Assembly: GCA_026770705.1 (NCBI GenBank)
Contig: JANJGN010000012.1
Span: 133,858,001 to 133,922,000 of the forward strand
From: Isurus oxyrinchus
Taxonomy: Eukaryota
Length of the DNA stretch: 64,000 nt
Direction: 5' to 3'
Under the pieces are notes generated by a model. That model was not told where the DNA came from. It searched no databases and saw only the letters and a list, made by a program, of their open reading frames with translations. Positions 11,251 through 23,020 of this stretch are shown here, one piece after another. Every line of letters starts with the position of its first letter. Position 1 is the first letter of the stretch. The position numbers and the translations under genes were made by a program.

Positions 11251-12006
11251 CTAAAGGCAAAATCCTGCGGATGCTGGAAATCCAAAACAAAAACAGAAAA
11301 TGCTGGAAAAACTCAGCAGGTCTGACAGAATCTGTGGAGGGAAAGACAGAGCTAACGTTTCCAGTCCGTATGACTCTTCTTCCGAACTAGAGGGAAGTAG
11401 AAATGTGGTGAAGTATGTACAGTTTAAGGGGGGGTGGACCAGGTGAAGCTGGACAGAAGGCCAGTGATCGGTGGAGGCAAAGAAGAGATTGCGGAAGGTG
11501 TCATAAACAAAAGGTCAAAGGGTTATTAATAGTGGTGGTGATACTGGCTAAAGGAGGTGCTAATGGTGACATTAAGAGTGGAAAGCAGAATGTGATAATG
11601 GCCAGACCAGAGTGAGCGCTGTGGAAAGAACAACATCAACAAGTGACAGATAGCCCTAGTGGGGGGTGGGGTAGGGGGAGGGGATGGTGGTGGGAAAATA
11701 ATTGAAAATAGGCTAAAAGCTGGGGATAAAACAATGAATAAAAATGGAAATAAATTTAAATAATAATAAAAATAAGTGGGGAAAAAATTAAAATGCATAT
11801 TGAAAAAAGAGGGGTGGGATCAAAAAGGGGTGAGGATGGAGGAGAGAGACTTCATGGTCTGAAGTTGTTGAATTCAATATTCAGTCCGGAAGGCTGTAAG
11901 GTGCCTAGTCGGAAGATGAGGTGCTGTTCCTCCAGTTTGTGTTGGGCTTCACTGGAACAATGCAGCAAGCCAAGGACAGACATGTGGGCAAGAGAGCAGG
12001 GTGGTG
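11251..12006 (-). mobile_element. Penelope-like element 3' fragment (GIY-YIG C-terminus plus pseudo-LTR)
   Basis: Minus strand reads HMSVLGLLHCSSEAQHKLEEQHLIFRLGTLQPSGLNIEF, typical of a PLE GIY-YIG end, followed by a degenerate hammerhead motif near 11350-11390. Confidence 0.8.
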
Positions 12007-13880
12007 CAGGACTAAACCCCTGTCTCTGATCTTCATTCAACTCAAACATGGTCTTTATTACTGACTTACTCAGTGAGTCTGATGTGGGGAGGTGGTGGGG
12101 GGAGGGGGGTGTTGGAAATGAGTCCAGAACAAGGGGCATCATCTTCAAATTAAAGCCATGCCATTCCAGGGAAATATCAAGAAGAGATTTTTCACACAAA
12201 CAGCAGTGGAATTCTAGAATTCTCTCCACCAAAAAGCGGTTGAGGTAAGGAATCAAGTGAAATCTTCAAAACTGAGGTTGACAGAGCTTTGTTGAGAAAG
12301 GGGATTAAGGGTTATGTAACCACAGTATGTAAATGAAGTTATGATATAGATCAGCCACATCTAATCAAAGAGCCGGCTCAAGGGGCTAAACGATCTCCTC
12401 CTGTTCCGACTGTCCATGTCCAAGAGCCCGCAGGGCTCCCGACTAAACCAGAGATGACATTGCATTGGTAATCGCCCCAAACTATGAAAGTCACAGGGCT
12501 CTGCATCAGAAGCTGGTTTTCCAGGACTCTCAGGGATATACAGACAATATGACTATACAGCACCTGTCATAGCCCCAGAATATCCCCAAACCACTTTATA
12601 ATCAATTCAGTACTCTGAAGAGTAGTCACTGTTGCAGTGTATGAAATGCATATGGACATTCTGGATTTCAGAGATCAGGGAATGTTTATGGAGGGGGTCA
12701 GCAGCGAAGCGGTAATGTTATTGGACCAATACTCCAAAGGTCTGGGTTAATTCTCCAGAGAGATAAGTTTAAATCTCATCAACGAAGACCTTGACAGGGC
12801 AGGCACCCACGTTGTTCCCCTGGATGGGGAATCTAGAACTAGAATTTAATACCGGGTCAAGGAGAAATTCCTTCACTCAGAGTTGTGAATCTTTGGAACT
12901 CTCTGCCCCAGAGGATTGTGGATGCTCCAATGTTAAGTATATTTAAGGCTGGGACAGACAGATTTTTGGTCTCTTGAAATCAAGGAGGTATGGGGGTGGG
13001 AGGGAGAATGGGCATGAAAATGAAGTGGAGGCTGGAGATCAGCCATGGTTGTATTGAATGGAGGAGAAGGCTCGAGAAGCTGTATGAGCTCCCCCTGCTC
13101 CTATTTCTTATGTTCTTACCATGGAAGCTGGGGGAATTTTAATTCAGTTAAGCAATACAACTGGAACAAAGAAGCCAGTCTCATTAATAATGAATTTTTA
13201 AAAAGGACTATAAACTTAAGGAGTAGAGTCCACAGTGAGATGGGATTAGGGACCAATAATCTTTCATTTTCTTCATTCCACGTTCTGACCAATGTTACAA
13301 ATTTCAGCAGAAGCAACAGTGTTCTGCACATCAAGGTTACATCCAGGCAAAGCAATACAGGACACAGGAGCTGGACCACACTGCCCGTTGCTATGGTGGG
13401 TGCCGCACGTCTTAGAGAAGCAGGTGGACTGAGGTAGACATTACATCTTATAGATGACAGGTCCTTGACAGCACCTGATCCACATGATTCCCGGACTGTT
13501 CCCCACCGCTTGACGGGATTGGGGGGGAGATTTTCCGGAATAGTTTATTCCTTATCGGCTCCGAATTTTCTTTTTCCTTTCCCAGGAGATTACATGCAGC
13601 AGGGCGGTGTGAGGGGTAAGTGAGGGATGAGGCATCTAGTCAGGACACTCCAGTCATTCTGGTGGAGCATAGGATTGATGCTGCTCTCTCCCAGCCCACA
13701 GTCGTCTGAGTCTTTGGAATTGAAAGTGTGCAAAATGACAAACAGTTTTCCCTCAGCAGCTGTTTCAGGGAATGTCTCGCTGGCTGGAGGCGAGTTGAAT
13801 GAAATCCCTTCGCTTTGGCTCCACATGCCCTATCAGGGCCAGTTGTTTGATGATGTTTGACACAGAATACCTGTACTCAC

Positions 13881-13977
13881 CTTCTGACAGTGTGGACAGG
13901 GGTAGTTGTGAGATGCTGTCTGGAGGTGATGCTCAAGGGCTTCGGGAGTGGAATATTTACTCAAACACCTCGAACAT
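13881..13977 (-). CDS. ZNF341: ZNF341 exon 11
   Basis: tttacag|A TGT...AAG|gtgagt; reads [32 protein letters not shown]; 97 nt. Confidence 0.95.
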
Positions 13978-14682
13978 CTGTAAACCAAATAAATAAGAGG
14001 AGGAATTAGGCTTTCAGATGCCTGAAGAGCAGCAACGAGGTTCTCCATGTTGTCCTGGCTAATATTTATCCATCACTAAAATGGATTATCTCTGGTCATT
14101 ATAATGGTCACTATCTCATTGCTGTTTGGGGATATCTTGCGGTTTGCCAATTGGCTGTTGCATTTCCTACATTACAATACACCGCCTGATTCAGATGCAA
14201 GTTTTTCTTTTTAACTTGAACAGTGACAATCAGTTACACAGCTGCTCCCTGCACCGACTTCACTCTTGTGTTCCCAGGTTGTTTTTTTTTTTTGCAAATC
14301 CAGCATTAAGACTGACGATGCAGGACACAGAAGTGAAGTGAATCAGCCGTGGCGAGGGGACAAGGTTACAAGGTTACCAACTTTGTGGACAGTAAAGGGA
14401 GGTGGGGGAATGCGACGGGTTGGGGAGGTGGGGATTGGGGGGGTGGGGGGTGTGCAGGTGAGGTGGGGAAGTCAAGAGGATGATGAACAATTTCAGTTCT
14501 AAGTCCTGAAAAGAGTGGGCAATGGTGAGACAAACCTCAGCTGTAACACAGTGAGGACTGCAGGGAGGGTTTACAGGATAGAACCCGGGAGCCTGAAAAT
14601 GAGCTGTGTTGCTTTGGGGGAACATGCAGTTGGGGGAAGCCGGGACATGGGATCTAACGACTGGAAAGTGCAGCTGGCTCAC

Positions 14683-14891
14683 CTGTAAAACGTGGGGCAC
14701 TTCTTAGGCGCCTGTTGGGGGTAGAGGTTGTGAGAATACTGGTGCACCCCCAACTCGTACAGAGATGGGAAGATCTTACTGCAGAGATGGCAGCGATAAG
14801 TTATCTCATCGTCGTGGTTCTTGATGTGTTCAACAAACTCCTCGAGCTTCACGAATGTCTGTGTGCAATTCTTCACCACACACTTGTACAC
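14683..14891 (-). CDS. ZNF341: ZNF341 exon 10
   Basis: ctgtcag|GTG...TAC AG|gtgagc; reads [26 protein letters not shown]...[23 protein letters not shown]...; 209 nt. Confidence 0.96.
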
Positions 14892-15374
14892 CTGACAGGG
14901 GAGAACATATAACAGCATAAGAAATAGAAGCAGGAGTAAGCATTTGGCCTCTTGAGTTTACTCCGCCAATCAACAAGATTATGGCTAATTTTCTATGTCA
15001 ACTCCATCTTCCTGCACTATCCCCATATCCTTTAATTCGCCCTGTGCCCAAAAACCTATCAATCTCTGTCTTGAATATACTCAACAACTGAACATCCACA
15101 GATCTCTGGGGTAGAGAATTCCAAAGATTCCCAATCCTCTAAGTGAAGAAATTTTAATTCATCTCAGTTCTAAATGGCCAACCCCTTCTTCTGAGGCTGA
15201 GAGTCAGTGATCTAAATTCTCCAGTCAGGTGCACCCAGGGGGTCTCTGTTTAACATCTCTTCCGAAAGATGGCACCTCTGACAGTGCGCACTCCCTCAGT
15301 ACTGCAGTGGGAGCGTCCGTCTGGATTATGGGCTCAAACCTCTTAGCTCTATTGCAAAGCAAAATTTGTTACTT

Positions 15375-15458
15375 GCATGGGAAAGCCTAATTCCTCTTAT
15401 TACTTATTTTATTTACAGGTGTTCGAGTAAATATTCCACTCCCAAAGTCTTCAAACAT
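15375..15458 (+). pseudogene. Inverted partial copy of the ZNF341 intron 10 / exon 11 junction
   Basis: gaaagcctaattcctc...tttacag gtgttcgagtaaatattccactccc matches the reverse complement of 13929-14021 with a 9-nt deletion; translates YRCSSKYSTPK versus [14 protein letters not shown]. Confidence 0.9.
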
Positions 15459-15685
15459 TTTTTCAACATTTACTCCTTTAGAATTTTATATTTTTCAATG
15501 AGATCATCTCTCATTTCTCTGAACTCTGGGGAATACAGGCCTAATCTCCTCAACCGCTCCTCACTGGACAATCCTTCCATCACAGGAAACAGATGAACGT
15601 TTCCTCGAGGGCAAATATGTCCTTCCTTAAGTAAGGAGACCAAAACTGCACACAGTACTGCATGTTTGGTCTTTTTAAAATTATT

Positions 15686-16305
15686 CATTCATGGGATGTA
15701 AGCGTCACTGGCTAAGTCAGCACTTATTGCGCATCCACAGTTGTCCTCAGGAAGGTGGTGATGAGCTGCCTTCTTGACCCGCTGCAATCCATGTGGTGTA
15801 GGTACACCCACAGTGCTGTTAGGGAGGGAGTTCCAGGATTTTGACCCAGCGACAGTGATATATTTCCAAGTCAGGATGGTGAGTGACTTGGAGGGGAACT
15901 TCCAGGTGGTGGTGTTCCCAGGTATCTGCTGTCTTTGTCCTCCTAGAGGGTAGCGGTCACGGCTTTGGAAGGTGGTGTGTAAGGAGGCTTGGTGAGTACC
16001 TGCAGTGCATCTTGTAGATGGTACACACTGCTGCCACTGTGCATCGGTGGTGGAGGGAGTGAATGTTTGTGGATGTGATGCCAATCAAGCAGGCTGCTTT
16101 GTCCTGGGTGGTGTTAAGCTTCTTGAGTGTTGTTGGAGCTGCACCATCCAGGCAAGTGGGGAGTATTCCATTACACTCCTGACTTGTGCCTTGTAGATGG
16201 TGGACAGGCTTTGGGGAGTCAGGAGGCGAGTTACTCGCTGCATAATTCCAAGCCTCTGACCTGCTCTTGTAGCCACGGTATTTATATGGCTAGTCCAGTT
16301 CAGTT
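15686..16305 (-). mobile_element. CR1/L2-group LINE 3' fragment
   Basis: Reverse complement of 60800-61415; ORF ATRAGQRLGI...STIYKAQVRSVMEYSPLAW. Confidence 0.85.
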
Positions 16306-16785
16306 TCTAATGCCTTGTTAGTTAGGAACTTGGCATAAAAATTAACACATGCCAAGGGCAATAGCGATTTAAATTCACTCCAGCACTGAAAGGAGTTCAG
16401 CTGGGGTTCAAATTATCTGAGCCAGGAGTTGTGGAGGAGTAGGGGGATTTAGGGACGAGGGTACAGAAATCATTAAAAGCTGGCTGGCAGACACAAAAAC
16501 AAATTAAAAAGGCAAATGGAATTTTGGCCTTTTTTGCCATGGAGCTGGAATTCAAAGAGGCAATGTCTATATTTACAATCCACAGAGCTTTGGTTAGAAT
16601 TCCCTTGGAGTAACTGAGTTCAGTTCCCAATCACGCCTCAGGAGGGATACACCAGCTGGGGAAGCCTGTACTCTCTTTTGAGAAGATAATGCACTGGGGA
16701 GTATTTTGAAAGATGGTTAATTAGTTTCCTGATTGTGACATCATTACATGCCAAGAAATGCCCATGTGACCTGGGGTTGTCATGT

Positions 16786-18678
16786 AGTGAATGGAATCTC
16801 CTGTTCATTCAAGAAGGAAATAGGGGGAGTACAGGGCCAACATATTCCAGTAAAGATAAAGGGTGGCACCAACAAATCCAGGGAACCCCGGATGTTGAGG
16901 GATATACAGGATTGGATAAAGAGAAAAAGGGAGGCTTATGGCAGATACCGAGGGTTCTAAACAGCAGAAGCCCTAGAGGAGTATAGAACACGTAGGAGGG
17001 AACTTAAAAAGGAAATTAGGAGAGCAAAAAGGGGGCATGAAAAAACAGCGGCAGGTAAAATAAAGGAAAATCCAAAGTTATTTGATAAGTACATTAAGAG
17101 TAAGAGGATAACTAGGGAAAGAGTAGGGCTCATTAAGGACCATTGTGGTAATTTGTGTGTGGAGCTGGAAGATGTAGGTAGGGTTCTAAATGAATACTTA
17201 GTGTCAGTGTTCACAAGTGAGAGGGACGCCATAGGTATGGAAATCAGGCAGAAGGACAGTGATGTAATTAAAGAAATTAGCAAAGAAAGGGAGGAGGTTC
17301 TAAATGCTCTGGCAGGATTAAAAGTAGATAAATCTCCAGGCCTGGATGAAATGTATCCCAGGCTGTTGAAGGAGCCAAGGGTGGAGACAGCAGGAATACT
17401 GGCAATAATTTTCAATACCTCTCTGGCAACAGGAGAGGTGCCAGAGGACTGGAGGACAGCCAATGTGGTACCATTATTTAAGAAAGGAGGAAGGGATAAA
17501 TCAGGGAACTACAGGCCAGTCAGTCTAACCTCAGTGATGTGGAAACTATTGGAAACAATTCTGAGGTACAGAATTAATCTACACTTGGAGAGGCAGGGAT
17601 TAATCAAGGACAGTCAGCATGGTTTTGTTAAGGGGAGAGCAAGTCTGAACAATTTGATTGAATTTTTCGAAGATGTGACCAGGTGTGTAGATGAGGGCAA
17701 TGCATCTGACATAGTCTACTTGGACTTCAACAAGGCTTTTGATAAGGTCCCACATGGGAGACTGATACCGAAGGTAAGAGCTCATGGGATCCAAGGCAAT
17801 TTGGCAAATTGGATCCAGAATTGGCTGAGTGGCAGGAAGCAGAGGGTGATGGTTGAGGGGTGCTTTTGTGACTGGATGCCTGTGTCCAGTGGGGTTCCAT
17901 AGGGATTGGTGTTGGGTCTTTGCTGTTTGTGGTATACATAAACGATTTAGATGTGAATGTAGGAGGCTTGATCAGTAAGTTAGCGGATGGCACGAAAATT
18001 GGTGAGGTGGTAAATAGTGAGGAGGATAGCCTTAGATTACAGGAGGATATAGACGGGCTGATCAGTGGCAAATGGACTTTAATGCGGATAAGCGTGAGGT
18101 GATGCAGGACAAACAAGGCACGGGAATACACGATGAATGGTAGGACCCTGGGAAGTACCTTGGTGTGCATGTCCACCGGTCCTTTTACGGTAGTGGGACA
18201 GTTAGGTAAGGTAGTTAAGAAGGCATATGGGATACTTGCCTTTATTAGCTAAGGCATAGAATATAAGAGCAGGGAGGTTATGCTGGAACTGTATTAAACA
18301 CTGGTTAGGCCACAGCTAGAGTATTGTGTGCAGTTCTGGAATCCACATTATAGGAAAGATGTGATTGCATTAGAGAGTGCAGAGGAGATTTACCAGGATG
18401 TTGCCTGGGCTGGAGAGTTTAGAGAGGATGTGAGGAAGAATTTTTTCACCCAGAAGGTGGTGGGAATCTGGAACTCACTGCCTGAAAGGGTGGTAGAGGC
18501 AGATACCCTCATAACATTGAAGTAGTATTTGGATGTGCCCTTGAGATGCCATGGCATACAAGGCTATGGGCCTAGTGCTGGAAAATGGGATTAGAATGGT
18601 TAGGTACTTGTTTGACCAGCGCAGACTCGATGGGCCGAAGGGCCTTTTTCTGTGCTGTAGACCTCTATGACTCTATGA
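16786..18678 (+). mobile_element. CR1 LINE, 5'-truncated, reverse transcriptase region
   Basis: ORF 17153-17902 contains KSPGLDEMYPRLLKE, PEDWRTANVVPLFKKG, NYRPVSLTS, YLDFNKAFDKVPH; continues LFVVYINDLD; ends in a (ctctatga)2 tail. Confidence 0.95.
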
Positions 18679-20051
18679 GCTAAGAAGCAAAGGGTAAATA
18701 GAAAGCTAATTGCAGTGGGTGGGGTCAGTCTACTTTTTTTTTTACAGTTTGGCAGTTCAGAACACTGGGAATTCACGCAAAGAGATGTTGCGGATGGAAC
18801 AGTTTTCTGTTCGGCAGTCTTTGAATTGATTCTGGTGTTGAAGCAGGTCTCTGAGAATAGAGCAGAAACTGTGTTACTATGCGTGTATCACAGTTGGAAA
18901 GGACAGAACACTGAAGACAGGGAGAAGCGAGGGATTGTGGATTGGACAATACCTATTGCTGCAAGCAATGTGCCAGAGCTCACCAGACCATTTAAAGGGC
19001 TCGGAGAAGGGATTCTCTGGGGATTGTGTGCCATCAGGACCATCATGGCCCAAGTGAGAGAGGATTTGTAAACATGCACCTTGTCAGTGGGTAACCATGC
19101 CAAGGACTTCGGATGGAATACGGCTGCTGGTGACTGCAAACTCAAGAGCCAAAATGATCGGCTGGAAAGTGAGAGATCCTACAATAAAAAGGCCGAGTTG
19201 GAAAGACTGAGACTACACATGATGCCACATTAGTGCGGGATGTAACGCAAGTGCTTGCAACGACGTGAGGCACATACTTGCTGCATTGGCTACTTAAAGC
19301 AAAGTTTACCTTTTTATTCGAAATATCCTCACCTGTTAATGAATGTTTGAGTAATGTTGATTTTAGTTGGTTTGTTACAGTAAAAGTTTTAAAAAGTGAG
19401 GTGTTGTCCAGCGGTTTTCTTTCAGTTGGTGTGTGGGGATTTATTTCTTTGTAAAAAGTTATCGGTCTCTATTGGGATTATAACAACAGATCCATCAGAA
19501 TGACACTGGGGGCTAAAAGGGTTAAATTGCAAAGACAAGTTGCATAGACTTAATCTTGTAATCCCTTGGGTACAGAAGATGAATTAGTGAGCTAAATGAG
19601 GTGTTTAAAATCAATAAAGGATTTGATAAACCCTATCACCTCTGGGGTGTGGAGTCCGGGACAAGAAAGTATAACCTAAACATTGGGGGGGGTAGGGTTT
19701 TTCAAGAAGAAATCCACACAAAGAGTAGTAGAAATCTTTAACTCTCTCCTTTAAAAAAGCGTTGAGGCTTGGGGGGGTGGTCAACTGAAAATGTCAAAAC
19801 TGAGAATAATAGATTAGGGAAGGGTATTAAGGCTTGCTGAACTGAAAGCAGATAAATGGAGTTAAAATACAGAGCAGTCATGATCTAACTAAGTGGTATA
19901 ACAGGTTCGAGGGGCTGAATGTCCTCACCCCAATTCTATGTTCCATGTGTGATTGTACTGACCCCATCAGGACTAGCCAGCCCTCTGTGTGAAGGTTGTT
20001 AGAGAATCGGCTTCCATCACACTTTAAGGGGCAACGCACAGGGACAGGTAC

Positions 20052-20239
20052 CTGTTGGTTCTTGTGTTGAATCATGTGTGACTTTAGTTGGAAATAAGTA
20101 ACGAATTTACAGGGGCAAAACTGACACTGGTATGAACTGTCGATCACCACCATCTTCTTCATCTCTCCGCCGCTGCTGTCACCCGCGTGGTTGGCAGAAT
20201 TCGGGTGTGGAGGCTGCTCGGAGTTTTCAGATAATTCCG
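20052..20239 (-). CDS. ZNF341: ZNF341 exon 9
   Basis: catttaaag|CG GAA...CAG|gtacct; reads ELSENSEQPPHPNSANHAGDSSGGEMKKMVVIDSSYQCQFCPCKFVTYFQLKSHMIQHKNQQ; 188 nt. The acceptor was chosen on phase and the absence of any other upstream AG. Confidence 0.9.
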
Positions 20240-20271
20240 CTTTAAATGTAAAGGAGAGAGAGTGGGAGGAG

Positions 20272-23020
20272 GGAAAGAGAGAGAGCGAGCGGGAGAGAGA
20301 GCGAGCGAGCGGGAGGAGAGAGAGAGCGAGCGAGCGGGAGGAGAGAGAGAGAGCGAGCGGGAAGAGAGAGAGAGAGCGAGCGGGAAGAGAGAGAGAGAGC
20401 GAGCGGGAAGAGAGAGAGAGAGCGAGCGGGAAGAGAGAGAGAGAGCGAGCGGGAAGAGAGAGAGAGAGCGAGCGGGAAGAGAGAGAGAGCGAGCGGGAAG
20501 AGAGAGAGAGAGCGAGCGGGAGGAGAGAGAGAGAGCGAGCGGGAGGAGAGAGAGAGAGAGCGAGCGGGAGGAGAGAGAGAGAGAGCGAGCGGGAAGAGAG
20601 AGAGAGCGAGCGGGAAGAGAGAGAGAGAGAGCGAGCGGGAAGAGAGAGAGAGAGCGAGCGGGAAGAGAGAGAGAGCGAGCGGGAAGAGAGAGAGAGAGCG
20701 AGCGGGAGGAGAGAAAGAGAGAGCGAGCGGGAGGAGAGAGAGAGAGAGCGAGCGGGAAGAGAGAGAGAGAGCGAGCGGGAAGAGAGAGAGAGAGCGAGCG
20801 GGAAGAGAGAGAGCGAGCGGGAAGAGAGAGAGCGAGCGGGAAGAGAGAGAGAGCGAGCGGGAGGAGAGAGAGAGAGAGCGAGCGGGAGGAGAGAGAGAGA
20901 GAGCGAGCGGGAAGAGAGAGAGAGAGAGCGAGCGGGAGGAGAGAGAGAGAGAGCGAGCGGGAAGAGAGAGAGAGAGAGCGAGCGGGAAGAGAGAGAGAGA
21001 GCGAGCGGGAAGAGAGAGAGAGAGCGAGCGGGAGGAGAGAGAGAGAGCGAGCGGGAGGAGAGAGAGCGAGAGCGAGCGGGAAGAGAGAGAGAGAGCGAGC
21101 GGGAGGAGAGAGAGAGAGAGCGAGCGGGAGGAGAGAGAGAGAGAGCGAGCGGGAGGAGAGAGAGAGAGCGAGCGGGAGGAGAGAGAGAGAGAGCGAGCGG
21201 GAGGAGAGAGAGAGAGAGCGAGCGGGAGGAGAGAGAGAGAGCGAGCGGGAGGAGAGAGAGAGAGAGCGAGTGGGAAGAGAGAGAGAGAGCGAGCGGGAGG
21301 AGAGAGAGAGAGCGAGCGGGAGGAGAGAGAGAGAGCGAGCGGGAGGAGAGAGAGAGCGAGCGGGAGGAGAGAGAGAGCGAGCGGGAGGAGAGAGAGAGAG
21401 AGCGAGCGGGAGGAGAGAGAGAGAGCGAGCGGGAGGAGAGAGAGAGAGCGAGCGGGAGGAGAGAGAGAGAGCGAGCGGGAGGAGAGAGAGAGAGCGAGCG
21501 GGAGGAGAGAGAGAGAGAGCGAGCGGGAGGAGAGAGAGCGCGAGCGGGAGGAGAGAGAGAGAGAGCGAGCGGGAGGAGAGAGAGAGAGCGAGCGGGAGGA
21601 GAGAGAGAGAGCGAGCGGGAGGAGAGAGAGAGAGAGAGCGAGCGGGAGGAGAGAGAGAGAGAGAGCGAGCGGGAGGAGAGAGAGAGAGAGAGCGAGCGGG
21701 AGGAGAGAGAGAGAGCGCGAGCGGGAGGAGAGAGAGAGAGAGCGCGAGCGGGAGGAGAGAGAGAGAGCGCGAGCGGGAGGAGAGAGAGCGCGAGCGGGAG
21801 GAGAGAGAGAGAGAGAGCGAGCGGGAGGAGAGAGAGAGAGAGCGAGCGGGAGGAGAGAGAGAGAGAGCGAGCGGAAGAGAGAGAGAGAGCGCGAGCGGGA
21901 GAGAGAGAGAGAGCGAGCGGGAGAGAGAGAGAGAGAGAGCGAGCGGGAGGAGAGAGAGAGAGAGCGAGCGGGAGGAGAGAGAGAGAGAGCGAGCGGGAGG
22001 AGAGAGAGAGAGAGAGCGGGAGGAGAGAGAGAGAGAGAGAGCGGGAGGAGAGAGAGAGAGAGCGAGCGGGAGGAGAGAGANNNNNNNNNNNNNNNNNNNN
22101 NNNNNNNNNNNNNNNNNNNNNNNNNNNNNNNNNNNNNNNNNNNNNNNNNNNNNNNNNNNNNNNNNNNNNNNNNNNNNNNNNNNNNNNNNNNNNNNNNNNN
22201 NNNNNNNNNNNNNNNNNNNNNNNNNNNNNNNNNNNNNNNNNNNNNNNNNNNNNNNNNNNNNNNNNNNGAGAGCGAGCGGGAGGAGAGAGAGAGAGAGAGA
22301 GCGAGCGGGAGGAGAGAGAGAGAGAGAGCGAGCGGGAGGAAAGTGAGAGAGAACGAGCGGGAGGAAAGTGAGAGAGAGCGAGCGGGAGGAAAGTGAGAGA
22401 GAGCGAGCGGGAGGAGAGAGAGAGCGAGCGGGAGGAGAGAGAGAGCGAGCGGGAGGAGAGAGAGAGCGAGCGGGAGGAGAGAGAGAGCGAGCGGGAGGAG
22501 AGAGCGAGCGAGCGGGAGGGGAGAGCGAGCGAGCGGGAGGGGAGAGAGAGAGAGCGAGCGGGAGGAGAGACAGAGAGCGAGCGGGAGGAGAGAGACAGAG
22601 AGCGAGCGGGAGGAGAGAGACAGAGAGCGAGCGGGAGGAGAGAGAGAGAGAGCGCGAGCGGGAGGAGAGAGAGAGCGAGCGGGAGGAGAGAGAGAGAGAG
22701 CGAGCGAGAGGAGAGAGAGAGCGAGTGGGAGGAGAGAGAGAGCGAGTGGGAGGAGAGAGAGAGCGAGTGGGAGGAGAGAGAGAGCGAGTGGGAGGAGAGA
22801 GAGAGCGAGTGGGAGGAGAGAGAGAGAGCGAGTGGGAGGAGAGTGAGAGTGGGAGGACAGAGACAGAGAGAGAGAGTGGGAGGACAGCGAGGGGGGAGTG
22901 GAAGGAGAGAGAGAGAGAGAGAAAGAGAGGGAGTAGGAGAGAGAGGGTAGGAGGAGAGAGAAAGAGAGTGGGAGGGGAGAGAAAGAAAGTGGGAAGAGAG
23001 AGAGTTGGAGAGAGAACAAG
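20272..23020. repeat. Purine-rich compound repeat (GA)n-GCGAGCGGGA(G/A), containing a 187-N gap at 22081-22267
   Basis: Directly visible; source of the 700-970 aa low-complexity ORFs. Confidence 0.97.

Noticed and set aside
15366-15596. Alternative or mutually exclusive ZNF341 exon 11
   Set aside because: It is on the wrong strand for the transcript, truncated, and lacks the second Cys of the finger; kept only as an antisense element.
17153-17902. Active or domesticated reverse transcriptase gene
   Set aside because: 5'-truncated CR1 with a stop after GVP, later frameshifts and an internal deletion near 18420.
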